Below, one piece after another: positions 24,501 through 37,464 of a DNA stretch of 64,000 nucleotides. The notes under the pieces were generated by a model, which was not told the DNA's origin, ran no database searches, and worked only from the letters and a program-made list of their open reading frames with translations. The first letter of the stretch is position 1. Every line of letters begins with the position of its first letter. Position numbers and translations under genes: made by a program. This DNA comes from Guillardia theta CCMP2712 (Eukaryota; Protista; Cryptophyta): contig NW_005434609.1 in the NCBI RefSeq assembly GCF_000315625.1, positions 133,236 through 197,235 on the forward strand, given 5' to 3'.

Positions 24501-27500
24501 GACCCCGCCGATAGCTGCCTCCACCGTGCGCCCCAGCAAGGATATCGTCTCGTTGCCAGCGTTGACTACTGACACGGCGATTTGTCCCTTGTAAGTCCTT
24601 GCGAGGTTTCCGAACTTGTCCAACACCAAGACCAGCGGCTGCACCACGAACGCCTGGTTCTCGATCGCGTTGGAGGGAGGTCTCGTCAACTCCAGCTGGC
24701 CGTCAGATGGACCATGGATGTTTGCGGGCACCACCTCGAAGGGGGCAGTTGTCAAAGTCACGCCCTCGCACATGAACTGCAGCAGGTTGTAGGGAGCCGC
24801 CTTGGTCGTGTAGAGCCCGGGGAACTCCACTCGTCCAGCTGAAGATCTCCTGGGGTACTCGATCGATGGGGAGTCAGCTGAGTCGGTTCCGTTGGAGGAG
24901 AGGAAGAGAGACTGTGGGTACAGGACGAGGCTGGCGGAGACGGTCAAGGGGTCAGAGATCAGGTTCTCATACCCATCAAACATCGCAACCTTGGGACTCG
25001 GTATGATCTCCCTGCCGGCATACTGAAGGTCAAGAATCTGCTGCTCTAGTCTCATATAGCTCAGCGTGCTGGGCACGACTTGAAACGTCTGAGAGAAAGC
25101 TTCCAACATGCTGCTCGCCACCGCAACCTCGTACCGCAGTCTTGACTCGCTCGCCGCCCTGCACATCCGCAAGAAGGGGAAGGAGACGCCCTGTCGGACT
25201 TCAAAGTCTCCTCCTTCGCAGAGGGAGCTCCCTAGCTCGGCCCTGATGCTGAGTTTGCCCTCCTGGTCTACACAAGTGTTGTTGTACTTGTCCAAGATGT
25301 AGGCAGATACTGAGAAGTAAAATCCGGCCACCACAGTCGAGTTGCAGTCGGACGAGTTCGAGCATGTCGGGGAGCCAAGCGTCGACACTGATGGGACAGG
25401 GCTGACGGCCAACGTCTTTGGAACCGAACTCAGGACCTTGAAGACTGGTGACTCGAGGTACGTCAGCTGCCGCCCGACTTTCACGATGAAGTCTAACGAG
25501 TAGAAGGGACAAGAGCGGCGAATGGTCAAGTTGTCAAAGTTGGCAACCCCAGCTGAAGAGACCGCCACGCCCAGCATTCCTTCCACCATCTCACTCTCAT
25601 TCCAACCTTGAGTGAAGATGAGGCTCGTCGAGCTGGGAAACATGGGCACGTTCGCATCTAGCGAGGACCCGATGTCGACGGCCCCGAAAGTCCTGAAGGT
25701 CATCGAGAACTCTGGCGTCCACTCGACTGTGGGGTCGATAGAGCTCACGTTGACAACCTCTGCGATGCAGGGGAAGCCGTTGATGGCGAGTTGACGGCAG
25801 ACAGGCTGGACGTCGATTGATGACTTGGCTTGAGTGCAGATGCTGTCGATTCGGTTTCTTGTCGTGATCTCAACCTCGAATCTGAACTGAAGAAAGTCCG
25901 ACCTGACCACATGAAAACTACGAAGAGAATAGTTGAACGACGAGTAGAACGCTTTTTCTATCTTGCCCAATACGGTGCGTTGATACGACAGTCGATCGCT
26001 GCAAGCATCCTGTAGAGGAAACATCGGTCTGGACGGGTCTGCTTTGATACTCACAACAAGTCCACACATGTTGGGAGGGCTCGTGGCCACGTCAGTCATG
26101 GGACCCTCAGAGAGGAGTCGTCTGTTCGTGTTGTTGGACGAATTGCTCATGTCAGACGTCATGTTGGAGCTATTGACTAGAGATGTCAGCTCACCAGACA
26201 AGTTCCTGAAAGTGGACCCAACAATCCCTAGACGCATGCTCTCGATTATTGTAGTTCCATGTCTCTCCAATCTGAACAGGACGGCAGCCATGTCGGAGAA
26301 ATGACGAGGCAAGACCAGGGTCAGCCTCATCCACCACCTCAATCCTCCTCCGCACACGCAGCAGACGTCTGAAGGCAGGGAGATGTTCGAGGAATAGTTC
26401 CGATCGATGAAGGAAAGGAAACTTGTCCCATCGCACCACCCGAACGTCTTGTAGTCGTTGCAAGACAGTGGCAGGTGCTCTGACCAGGGGAGTATGTCCT
26501 GTTGGATGTCAACACATTCATCATGGAAATTCTCCGCACGAAGGTTCACAGAGACTGAGTTCTGATGAAGGGGAATAACGAAGTGATACTGGACGTTGAC
26601 ATCGATCAAGATCCGGAACCTGGACGACATGTCCGGACACGAGTACAGATCGACTTCATCGGAAACAGAGGCGAAGAAGGAGAACGTCGCTCCATCGAAG
26701 GCGCTTACATCGTGCTGCACCAAGAGATCTCTCGACTGAATACAAGAGGATGCGCAGCCCTCCCATGGACCAGTCACAAACGACCGGACGGGAAGTCCGC
26801 CGATCATGATGTACTTGACTCTCTCGCCGGGATCGTTGAAGTCAGAGCATACGACGCGAGCGTTCAAGCTTGCGTGATCCAGCTTTGCTCCGGGAGGCAG
26901 GTAACCGCCGATGTCAATGTTGCAGTCCCTATCTCCTTCGCAGACAAACTGCCTGATAGCCGAGATCGGGAATTGAGACGATCCCCATGGAAGCTCGGAG
27001 ACGTTGCTGGCTGGCGGGTCTAACAAGACGACCGTCAAATTGCATCCGTCTTCACAGTACGACTGGACTTCCCAGTCTGTCTGCACTGAGAGCGCAAGAA
27101 CAGCCGACGAGGTCAGGTTGGTGTACTCCGCGCTCGCTCCCACCACGTTGAGTGTCAAGTTTGCGCCCAACACGCTCCCTTGCACATCGGCCGAGACCTC
27201 CTGCAGGCTCGTCCCGAAGGCGTCCGAGAAGATACCTGAGATCTTCGCCGTCGAGGTAAGGGGCAGCTGGGGGGCAGGCGGGTTGGTCACTCTCAGGGAG
27301 AAGTCCGTCTGGACCACCACGTTGGTGAGCTCGAGGACGTTCCTGATGGACGCTGAAGTTTGCGGGGGGTACGCGCCCCCGAAGTAGACGGTGTCGCAGT
27401 TGCCGCTGGACGAGTCTGTCTCGCCGAAGACTCCCTGACCCCAGAACGCCGACCGGTTGAAGACTTCAGTGATAGGGTGGAAGCCATTGCCTGCCCCCCA

Positions 27501-30500
27501 TGCCCCGTCGTTCTGACTGAGGCAGCACTCCACGTCCACGGAGGAGAAGGGGAAGCGGGAGAAGAAGTAGTCCCCGGACCTCGTCTCAGTCTTCTTGCGG
27601 GCAGGATCATCCGGGTACATCTCTATCACCCACTCCACCTTCCTGCAGTTCTTGTAACCATCGATCGTCCCCCTGATCCTGTCCCACAGCGTGCACCTCT
27701 GATGGAAGACATAGTGGATCACCAGCACTCTGGCCCTCCCCACAGTCACCGTCTGCTTCCATCCCCCATGAAGCGTCTGCAGGAAGTTGAGGTTGAAATG
27801 AGGCCTGTTTAGATCAGCCACCGTCACGTTGTTGGTGGAGATGAACGGAACTCGTTCTGCGCACTGTCTTGAGTTGGACACGGCGAAGATGTAGGAAGGG
27901 AGAGGAAGGGCCTGCGCAAGGCCTACGACAACGTCCCATGCTGTCGTCGTCAGTGAGGACCGCAGCAAGACAAAGTCACTCGAGATCACTTGCAGACTAT
28001 CCGTCTCGATGAGCTGCGTTGATCGCAAGCTTGTCAAAGTGACATTGGTGCCGGCAGTTAGCGGCATCGTCGTCACAATCCTGACGTGCAGGACGTTGTC
28101 AAACTTTGGCTTCCTAGTCTCCTCACTGATGCTGGCCTGAAGCAGCTGCAGCTTGTGTACATGGAAGGTGTTGTAACGGCTCTCGCTGGCGTCGTAGACC
28201 TTGTCATCAGAAGCGCAGAAGGTTGTCAACATGACGTCCTGATGAAACTCCAGCGCCGAGCTGTATGTCTGCACAACCCCAGCTGCTCCTACGATGTACC
28301 TCGGCACAGCTCCGAAAGAGCAGGAGAGCTGAACAAAGAGGGGGCCCAGGAAGTTTGTACGATCGAAGGGTCGGGGGAAGATCGCTACAGTCGGCGGTGG
28401 GAAGCGAATGGTGAAGGTCTTGTTGACTGCAACGGATCTGTGAAGGTTTGCCGACTCCACCCAGGTCTCTACTGTCAGGTTGGTGTGGTTCAGGTGGAAG
28501 GGGGAGGAGTACAGCGCAAACTCGCCGCAGGTCGTCGAGCAGACCCTGTAGTAGATGCGAGCGAAGGGAGTTTGACTCGATAGCGTCACCAGCACGCCCA
28601 GCTCGTCGACGGCAGTCAGGAGCTGCCCGTCAGGATCCGGGCTGAACTGAGCTGGGGAGCAGGCTAGCACGTAGAGGAACTCCTTCCTCGGGCTGGGAGA
28701 GGCTCCGGACCTGGTAGAGATGGCTGACAGCAAGACTTGCCCACTCGGCTGCGCCATGGAGGAGTTGAGAAGGATGGGACCGAGGTACCTCGAGCCCAGC
28801 AGGGGATCGCTCCCGTCCAGAGAGAAGAAAGTTTGCGCCCCGTCGAGCTCTTCCACGACCAGGGCGACGCCCACACTCAGCTCGTACTGAGCTGGGGCAG
28901 GCAACGCCGTGGGATCAGCTACAGACACCCTGAGCTGGCTGGACGTGAACCCGAAGGCGGAGGAGCTCCCAGCCAGCTCATCGTCCTCACTGAGCACCCA
29001 GGCCTTGAGGAAGAGGTTGGTGTAGACGATGAAGGGGCTGCTGTAGAGTTGGGGCTGCGATCCGTTGAGCGAGTAGAAGATGACACATCGCGGGGTGGAG
29101 GAGGAGATGGAGATGTTGATGAAGCTGGTGTTCGCTCTCTCGCAATCTCCCGTCGCTCCCTCCAGCGGGCACGAGGGCAGGATAGCAACTTTCTCGGCTG
29201 CGGAGACCGCGAGCTTGCTGTCCCTCGGGGCTCCCCAGCACGAGATGGCACCGGAGACAAGAAGGCCGCACGAGTGCTCGGAGGAGGCGGAGACGCGGGA
29301 CCACCTGAGATCTGCACGAGGAGAGACGAGCAGGCGGTTGTCCGTCGTGCTCCCCCAGCAGGAGATGGAGCCGTCAAGGGCGACGCCGCATGTGTGGGCA
29401 GTGCCACAAGATACTTGCTGCCATCCGTCACGGCGAGGAGGGCTGCTCTGACCCCACTCGTTCCCTCCCCAGCAGAGGAGAGTCCCGTTGAGCAGCACGC
29501 CGCACGAGTGAGATCTACCGGCACAGACGTCTGACCATTTCAAGGAGCTCCCTCCTGGTACGTCCACCTGGTTCTCGTCGTATCCCTTCCCTCCCCAGCA
29601 CAGTGCCGCCCCTCCTACCTCTATCCCACAGGAATGGAAGAATCCGCTCGACATCTTGATCCACATCTTCCCAGCTGGAGGAGACGCTTGTAGGTAGGCA
29701 TTGTCTCCCCAGCAGAGGGCCGTCCTGTCCTCGAGGATGCTGCAAGTGTGCGCTGCTCCTGCTGAGACCCTCCTCCAGCTCAAGGCTGTGCTCGGGACCG
29801 TTGCTTGCCCCATGGCGTTCTCTCCCCAGCAGAAGAGCTTGCCGTCCTCCATCACAGCGCACGTGTGCTGCTGGCCGAGATCAAAGTCGACAACTGAGCC
29901 GTGTTCAAGCACAGCAGGGAGGATCGACGTCTGTCCTGCACTGTTCCTGCCCCAGCAGATCAGCTTCCCCGAGCTGTCAAGGGCGCAGGTATGATGCCCT
30001 CCCGCCTTTACGTCTAGGAGCCTCGTCCCACACCAGACAGTCTGACAGGCCGGCAACCCTCCTCCCTGGCAGGTCGACGAGTCGGGAGGATAGCCTCCCG
30101 TTGGCCAGAACGCTCCAGCTCGGATGCAGAACGGTCTGTCTGCTGGAGTGGGTGCTGGAGGAGAGGTGACGTTCTGTTCTGGCGCGGGAACGAAGTTGTA
30201 GTCTCCGGACAGACTTCGTTCATAACGTGCAGCCTCGTCGGCCGAGTTCGCTTGTCTCCTCAGCTTGAGACTGTAGACCTGCTGAGAAAAAAAGACGTCA
30301 TCGCTCAACAGGACGAAGTCCAGCGAGATCGAACTGTTGAGAGGCCAGTCATCGCACTGAGGCCCGGCAGTGACGTTGTGGTGCACTGGTTGGCTCCAAT
30401 CGAAGACTCTCGCGTCCATGAGCTGCCAATCCTTCCTGTTGCCGAAGGTGTAGGCGAACGAGTACATCCCCTTGTTGACTTCGCTGACCGACGAAGGGGA

Positions 30501-33500
30501 GGAAGTAGCCGCCCAGGTCACGTACTCGTCTTGCTGGGAAGGCAGGGGGACCAGCCGGACCCAGGAGGTGGGCTGAGCAACGAGAGAAACTTTGATGACC
30601 ATCTTTTGGCAGCCGAAGGTAATTTCGCTCCCCTCAGTGTCAAGGTCCAATACGAACTCGACATCTGGCGCATGTACGTCGTTCCCGACCTTGTCCATGG
30701 GCTTCAAGACGGAGAGAGCGAGCCGTTGAGACTTTATCGGCAGTGCTGGAGCAGTCGGAACGGGAGAGGAGGGAGAGGACTGGGGCAACATTGCGATGCA
30801 GACAAGACCAGCAATGTCTTGATGTAGAAGAGGGAGGGACTTGAGACTGAGCTGGTTGTAGTCAATCACTTTGGAGTTCCTGAAGGAGTCAGAGAAAAGG
30901 AAGAGGCTCCTCTCCTGGAGCAGATCGTCAGTCTGCTTCCCACACTGATCGCACGTGAAAGCAGCGGAATGGTTCCCTCCGAACGAGAACGTCTTCAGCA
31001 GCTCCAAGTCTTCAAGACTAGCCCACTTGTAAGGAGCTCCCGTGACGGGATCGTCGGGACAGGAGTATGAACCGTTGCCCGTCCATCGCCAAGGCAAGCT
31101 CAAGACGAAGGCAACTCGGGGATCGAGTTTGTACCTGCAGAACCCTCTACAAGCATCGAAACTTCGTCCCGCATACCACAAGATCTGCTCGCTCCCTGCC
31201 GCAGGTCGAAGGGGAGAGGAGCTTCTGTTGTGTTCCTCCTTGACCACGACCTGAGGGCTGAGCTTCCACAGGCCGTTCTCGTGCAAGACAACAGGGACCG
31301 AGTAGTTCACTCCGTCATGACTGGCGCAGACAGTGACAAGACTGCTCGAGGGCTGCCTCGTCAGGGTGAACTGTAAGAACAAGTCCCTTCCTACTGCGTC
31401 TCCAGCCCTGCAGTAAGGTTCACACGAGCAGAAGAGCTTCGTCCCGCTTGCTGTGTAGAACAGCCCCTCCTCCCCGTGAGAGCTGCAAGTCGCGTTCCCT
31501 TCCACGAGCTTAATCTCGACCTCCGTCGCCTTGAGCAAGAAGGAGGATGGTCTGAAGAGCGTGAGGATGAAGGGCTGATGGAGGACGACGACTCCGCGCA
31601 GCTCTGCTTGCCAGACCCTCCAGGGAACGGGAGGAAGAGGGAGAGGATCTTGACAAGCGTCGCCGATCTTGACGCTTCCTGTGAGATCCCTGAAGAACGT
31701 GACCTCCTGCTGGGAAGAGAGCTGGACGCTGGTTCTGATGTCTGCAGGATTGCTGTATGACGAGCTCAACGGCTGCAAGATCGAGAGCTCAAAACCGCCA
31801 CGAGCGACGTTCAAGGTGACGTTGGAGGAGATCATAGGATCTTTAGAGAAGGTGAAGATAAGCCTGACTTGAAACGGATCTTGGACGTCGAGGGTTGTCT
31901 CCAAGAACAAATGAGAGAAGAACACTTGGCCTTGCTCAACTTTCCGAACCGTGTCCCCCATCACTGCCACCTGTGTGTTCCAAGACTCGACTTGTACTGA
32001 GATTTCACCATCTTCTTCTCTCCTGACGATATTGCCGTAGTCATCGACCAGGGAAACGACGGGCTGGATGCCGAAAGGAAGCCCGATGAAGACAGTCTGG
32101 ATGCCGTCGACCTGCTGATCTGTGATGGACGCGGGCAATCGAGAGACGACGAGGCGTGTTGGATCTCCCGGAGCGACCGTGATGTTCATGGCGAGAGAAC
32201 GCTGGGAACCTAGCAGGACATCCTCGAACACAACGAGATAACCAATTCCCGCTCGTCTGAAAGAGAGGTCCAAGAAACTAGCGACTCCCCCGATAGACAG
32301 GATGTGGGTTGTCCCGAACATCGACGGAGCCGACTCGCAGGTCAGGTTGTAGGGATCACAAGATTGCGGCATGCGGCATGTCGACGAGCAGTCGTAACGC
32401 ACTAGGGAGTAGTTGACATGGACTGACACGTACCTCCTGGATGCGGTCTGAAACCCGTGAAGGTCGACCAACCTGACAACCAAAGGAGGATTGAACATCG
32501 GCCCAGCAGTGAAAGTATTGGAATTCCCCTTGTCTGAGACCAAACTATTCACAGGGAATTCAACTTCAAACACAAGGGATGAATTCTCCAACGAAATCCC
32601 TTCGTACAAGACGGAATACTTGACCGCAAAGTAGCCTGGCTCGCTGACGGTCAGGTCGTTGAAGAGAAATCGGACGGGACTGCGGGAGTATGGTAGGACA
32701 CCCTTGCTTCCAGTCAGCAGACGGTCTTGATTGGGCTTCTTAGGAAATCCCTCAAGCGTCAGGTTGGCAAACCCGCTGTAGCTGAGGTCGACGACGAAGT
32801 TTTCGTAGGCATCGAGCAGAGCAATTTCCGTCAAGAACGAGTCCAGCGCTACCTGGTTTACACCCTGCCCAGCTGTACAAGGAAGAGCGCAGGGTTGCTG
32901 CAGAACAGAGATCGAGCGGGGCGAGGAAGAGGTGACTTTGAATACGATTGAATTCAACTCGCCAATCAATGGCATACTGAAATGTAAGGAATATTTCCCA
33001 ACTCGCAAGAGCTTCAGATCGGTGAACTTGACGACTCCAGCTCTGGCCTCAGCTGTGGTTTTCCCCAGCAAGCTGCAGGAGTCAGTTGACCATGGCGCGA
33101 CAGTCTGTGTGCTGTTTTCCTTGTAACATGTCAGATTGACACCAGCTTCCCGATGAGACAAGAGAGCATATTCACTGTTGAGGTCCAACACCTTGACCAC
33201 TACCTCACTCAAGGCTACTCCCGCCTGTACCTCCACAGTCGGTTGGCTGACAAACTGGACAGAGGCGACAGGAGGCATGATGTTGAAGCGTGTTGACTCG
33301 AGAGCTCCGTCCAGGAACTTATAAGCAAACTTGAGGGTGAAGCCTCTTCCGGGCTTAGAGACGAACAGATCCGTGAACGAGGCTACACCGTGCCTAAAAG
33401 GGACAGCCAGGGTCCCTTCCAGCGAAGCTCCTGACGGGTTCAGCCCCAAAGATACAGAGACGAGGTCGGAGCTGATATCGTCATTGACTAGTCCTTTGTG

Positions 33501-35220
33501 GTACAGGGCTAGTTGAGGGTTGAAGGGAAAGACCTCGTTGGCGATACAGTCGACGGGTTGTGCGACGATGAAAACCTTGTCGACCGAAGGAACTGGATTG
33601 GCGACATTGAATCGGCCATCCTTCAGAGAGGACACTCCAAGGACAAGGTCGGCTTGCTGCGGTAGATTGATATTATAAGTGTTGCGAATAAACACACAGG
33701 AAGGCCTTGAATATCGGTAGTCTCCCACTGAAGCCATAAAACACAACGAGTAAACAACGCTCGCATTAGGGAAGAATTCACACCCCACATTCCATTGAAC
33801 ATCGAGATATCTCTGCGAGGTTGGTCCAACAATTGTCTCTCCCTTGCAATCTCCTGATAACAAGTTCTCCTTTGCGCATCCGTGATAGACCAAGTTTTTG
33901 CTGAGAGAAAAGTCGCCCAAGGGCAGGATGGACATGGCAGAGTTGGAGAAGTTGTTGGCAAACATGAATCTGACGAAGGGAAGACTGCTCTCTATTTTGC
34001 TGCTCCTGCAAAAGAATCTGCTCGTTCCCAAGGGGCAGGCATCCGAGCTAACGCACCTGTACAACAACTCACTTCCAGCTGAGGGGGAAATAAGTCATTC
34101 ACCTGCTATAGAGATGGGAGTCGAGATTGATGTACAGGATTTCATCTGCAGTAGGACAGATTCCTACGAAACCCTCACATTCAAAAAGATGTGCATCTGA
34201 CGGGCTTATGCATTTAGAGACTTGGAAACTGGAGTTGACGCCATCCCAAAACAGCGATTTGGAGCAATCAAAGAGGATTGTATCTGATATAGTGGTAGGA
34301 CGAGTTACCAAGAATCCTGAGTATCCGACATTGAGAGGGGAGTCTTGTGAAACACGGATGATGAAATCAATGGCACGAGTTCCTGAAAGGGAGTTCACCT
34401 CTAGGGATATTTGCAAGAAACAAGGAAACTTGTTGCAAGCATTCTGAGTGAGAACTCTGATTCTACCGTCATCACTCAGCATGATGCCTCCAGACGAGTA
34501 GTATTGTAATATGGTTGACTGCGAATAGGAGTCTGAAGCAGAGCTGCCTATGGCGTCAGGGAGTAGAAATGGGTAACGAGTGAGCGTGACTGAAGAATTC
34601 TCATCAATGATCAGCTGGTAATCAGATTCGGGATTGAGAGAGAGAAGAGGAGGAATGACTGCAAAAGGTGATTGAGGGTAAGAATTTTCTGATATGACAA
34701 CTGTTGTCCTGACATGCCAGTCTGTGCCTTGACTATACACCAGGGAACTGCGGCAACAACCTTGAAAGAATGCTTGATACTCCCCGGAAGATTGATAGCT
34801 GTGGGAAAATGCTAACTTTGAATAAACTAGTCTATCGTCCAACCTGATTATGATGAAGCTGAAACGAGACGCATTAGTCTGCAACTTGCAATTTTCTGAC
34901 ATACACGTGTAGATTGATCGACGCACGTCCGACGTGGACCCTTCTGTCACATTCAAAATTGAACCAGGCCCGCCGTTGATGCAAGAAAGCCATTCATCTC
35001 TCAGAGCCTGTACATTTGGTTCTTGCGCAGTTTGTTTGCTCAGCGTGCTTCGCCAAGTGTCCCGTTCCCATGCTACTTCAAGCGAAAAATGAACGAGAGA
35101 GGGATCCATGGGATCTACTCTCCAAGAAAGATCTCCAGAAACGAACCAACAATAACATTGCTTAAAGAATAAAGACATGATCAAGACATTCAAAGTTACA
35201 ACAGCATTCAATCGCCGCAT
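15551..35220 (-). CDS. Giant (about 6,440 aa) secreted mosaic protein: Ig-like repeats, 2 RCC1 propellers, chitobiase/Fn3-associated repeats, Myxococcus Cys-rich repeats, LNR, TNFR/ephrin-like repeats
   Basis: Exons 35220-34103, 34056-23658, 23460-16460, 16401-15738 and 15688-15551. All four introns are GT-AG with compatible phases (46, 197, 58 and 49 nt). Signal peptide MRRLNAVVTLNVLIMSLFFKQCYC; no evident TM segment. Confidence 0.85.
18990..21025 (-). repeat. Array of 12 Myxococcus-type cysteine-rich repeats (CGDG...ECDDGN...DGCS..C) within the giant protein
   Basis: Counted in ORF 16456..23457, from CGDSKMTGGETCDDGN to CGDGIIAGKEACDDMN. Confidence 0.9.
29200..30030 (-). repeat. Internal RCC1-like repeat array (AGxxHTC...CWGxNxxGQ) in the giant protein
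   Basis: About 7 blades, e.g. AGGHHTCALDSSGKLICWGRNSAGQ and LGQQHTCAVMEDGKLFCWGENAMGQ. Confidence 0.9.
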
Positions 35221-35607
35221 GGTTCCAACAGGGCACGTGAAAGCCACGGACAACAAGCCTTTGCTCTGGCTGGCCCACAGTTACAGGACCGTTCAGCTCC
35301 TACCCTGCTGTCGACCAACGGATGTAGCAGAGGCTTGGCTACTCTCAGGCGTCTTCCTCCTCCTCCTCCCTACCGCCTGATCCTCTGCAGCAGAGCCTCC
35401 CTCGTTGACAGCGCCATCTTCGCTTCAAGAGGCATAACCGTTACGGGTACTCGTAACCGCTAGTCAAAAGTACCAATTCCACCCACCCCCTGATTTTTCT
35501 GTCTGATCGAAGGAAAAATGGGGGTGAAGACCTGGCACAGGGCAAAGGGGGTGGTGGAAGGAATGCCGTTGTGCAAAGAAAGGGATTCAGACGAAAGATA
35601 ATGACAG

Positions 35608-35785
35608 ACTGGAGGGGAGGAGGGCAGGAGAGGAGGAGGGGAGAAAGGAGGGCAGGAGGGCAGGAGGGCAGGAGGGCAGGAGGGCAGGAGAGGAGGAGGG
35701 GAGAAAGGAGGGGAGGAGGGGAGGAGGGGAGGAGGGGAGGAGGGCAGAAAGGAGGGCAGGAGGGCAGGAGGGCAGGAGGGTAGGA
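35608..35785. repeat. Purine-rich minisatellite built from GGAGGGCA / GGAGAGGAGG units
   Basis: Directly visible tandem units between divergent genes. Confidence 0.85.
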
Positions 35786-35811
35786 GCTAGAACAATAAGG
35801 TGCGGAAGGCA

Positions 35812-37279
35812 ATGCAGCACGCTGAGGGAGGAGTCGAAGTAGGCCGAGCCGAGCCCCAGGAAGTCGGTCGCGAGCGACGTCATCGAGAAGGAGCGGAGCG
35901 CCTTCTCCGTTAGACAAAAGGAGACAGCGTAGGACAATAGAAGAAGATGTAATTGAAATTTTCACTGGGGATAGAGCTGTGACATTTTTTTGTCGAATGA
36001 ATGACAAGAATAGATTAGATTCCTTGTAAACCTGATCTCAACGATTGACGTTTGTGCAGGAAACAAGATGATAAATGAGTGGTTTCAAAGTATTTACACT
36101 GACTTTGAAAGCTGCGTACCAATAAGGCATGGATCAAAAGAATGCGGAGTAGGAATCAATTGTAAGCTTTGCTTGTTATTTGCGTGTCAACTTTGACTTT
36201 CGCATCAGTCACGTACGACACAAACGGAGGTTTGGTAGTTCACTCGCTAGTGCAGAATGGTCCAGCAGCAATGGCGGGGGTAAGGAGATCAGTATCAGCT
36301 TGTTGAAATCCCTGATAGAGGCGAGCACAGGTCCTTCCAGGAGATATCTTATATGAAATCGAAGGGAGGCCTTGTTTTGCGGCGCCTCTTGAAAGAGTAA
36401 CTGCGATGCTGACAGGACCGTGAGTTATTGAGACAACTTGTGACATGTGGCCTATGCTGACTCTTGATCAGTGAGAACAGTTTTGTATGGACAACATTCA
36501 GGAGGAAAGAGAAATTCATGAAGTTGGAAATCCGCAGAGTATTTCCCTTGCGTGCCAAACTTCCTGAATTCCGTGAAGATGAAGAGTCGGTGGCTGCGTC
36601 AAAACCGAAGCATAAGTTTTTCGAAAATCCTGCCAATTCTTCTCAATCTGATCCAGAAGACTCTCCCAAATCCTTGATCGAAGTCAAAGGGAACAAAAGA
36701 AAATCGAATGAATTCCAAATCCTTAGGGACACCAATTCGGAGATGGACAAATCTGAACACTCTTCCTTCAGCAAGGTGAACTTGTAACCTGCAAATGTCT
36801 TCTCCTTTGAAGAAAATTTCGAGAACAGCGTTCTCGTGGATCATTATCTTTCAAAATCTCGAAGGGAAATGCAAGGCAGCCTCTCTCACATTTGGTACAC
36901 TGCATGTGAAGTCTGGTTGTGGGGATGGTGACTTTGACGTAGGAGAATTCGAGCAACAAGTTTGTCGATGTGCGCCCTACATCAAATTACCCTGCTCGCA
37001 AGAGTCCACGGGTAAGGATTGATTGCACCCTGCAAACGAGTCTGATCAATATTCGGATCAGACCAAAAACACTCTTGTGAGTGATTACAAGCAGAGAACC
37101 AATAGCCTTGTGAAAAACAGGTGGATGTCGGGAGCGTTGATTTATGGCATAATTGACGCAGAATATGAAGCAATGTATTCGGAAGGCCAGAGGCACCCAC
37201 TGGTTTCACTCCCCGCGAGGTGAAATGTTGTTCGGCGAGAAAAGAATTGCTGTATACTGATCCATTTACCAACATGTAG
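35812..37279 (+). CDS. Probable multi-exon hypothetical gene
   Basis: Series of open segments (e.g. 36464..36787 and 37023..37223) flanked by plausible short GT-AG introns. No recognisable domain; boundaries are approximate. Confidence 0.35.
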
Positions 37280-37464
37280 GTCATCGATTTGGAGAGGAAA
37301 AGGTTTAATGTTTTTTGTTTCTCAACAAGGATTTTACTCATCCTGTCAGGTCTGAGCCTGCATATTACCCTCACAGGAGATAGAAATCGTTGTCAAACTG
37401 GCAGATCGGATTGAATAAACGTGATTTTGCCCCCCCTCAGTTCATCACCCCAACGAAGGCTCGG

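Noticed and set aside
16563-34447. Many plus-strand and alternate-frame ORFs overlapping the giant gene
   Set aside because: Shadow ORFs expected from GC3-rich coding sequence; no motifs.
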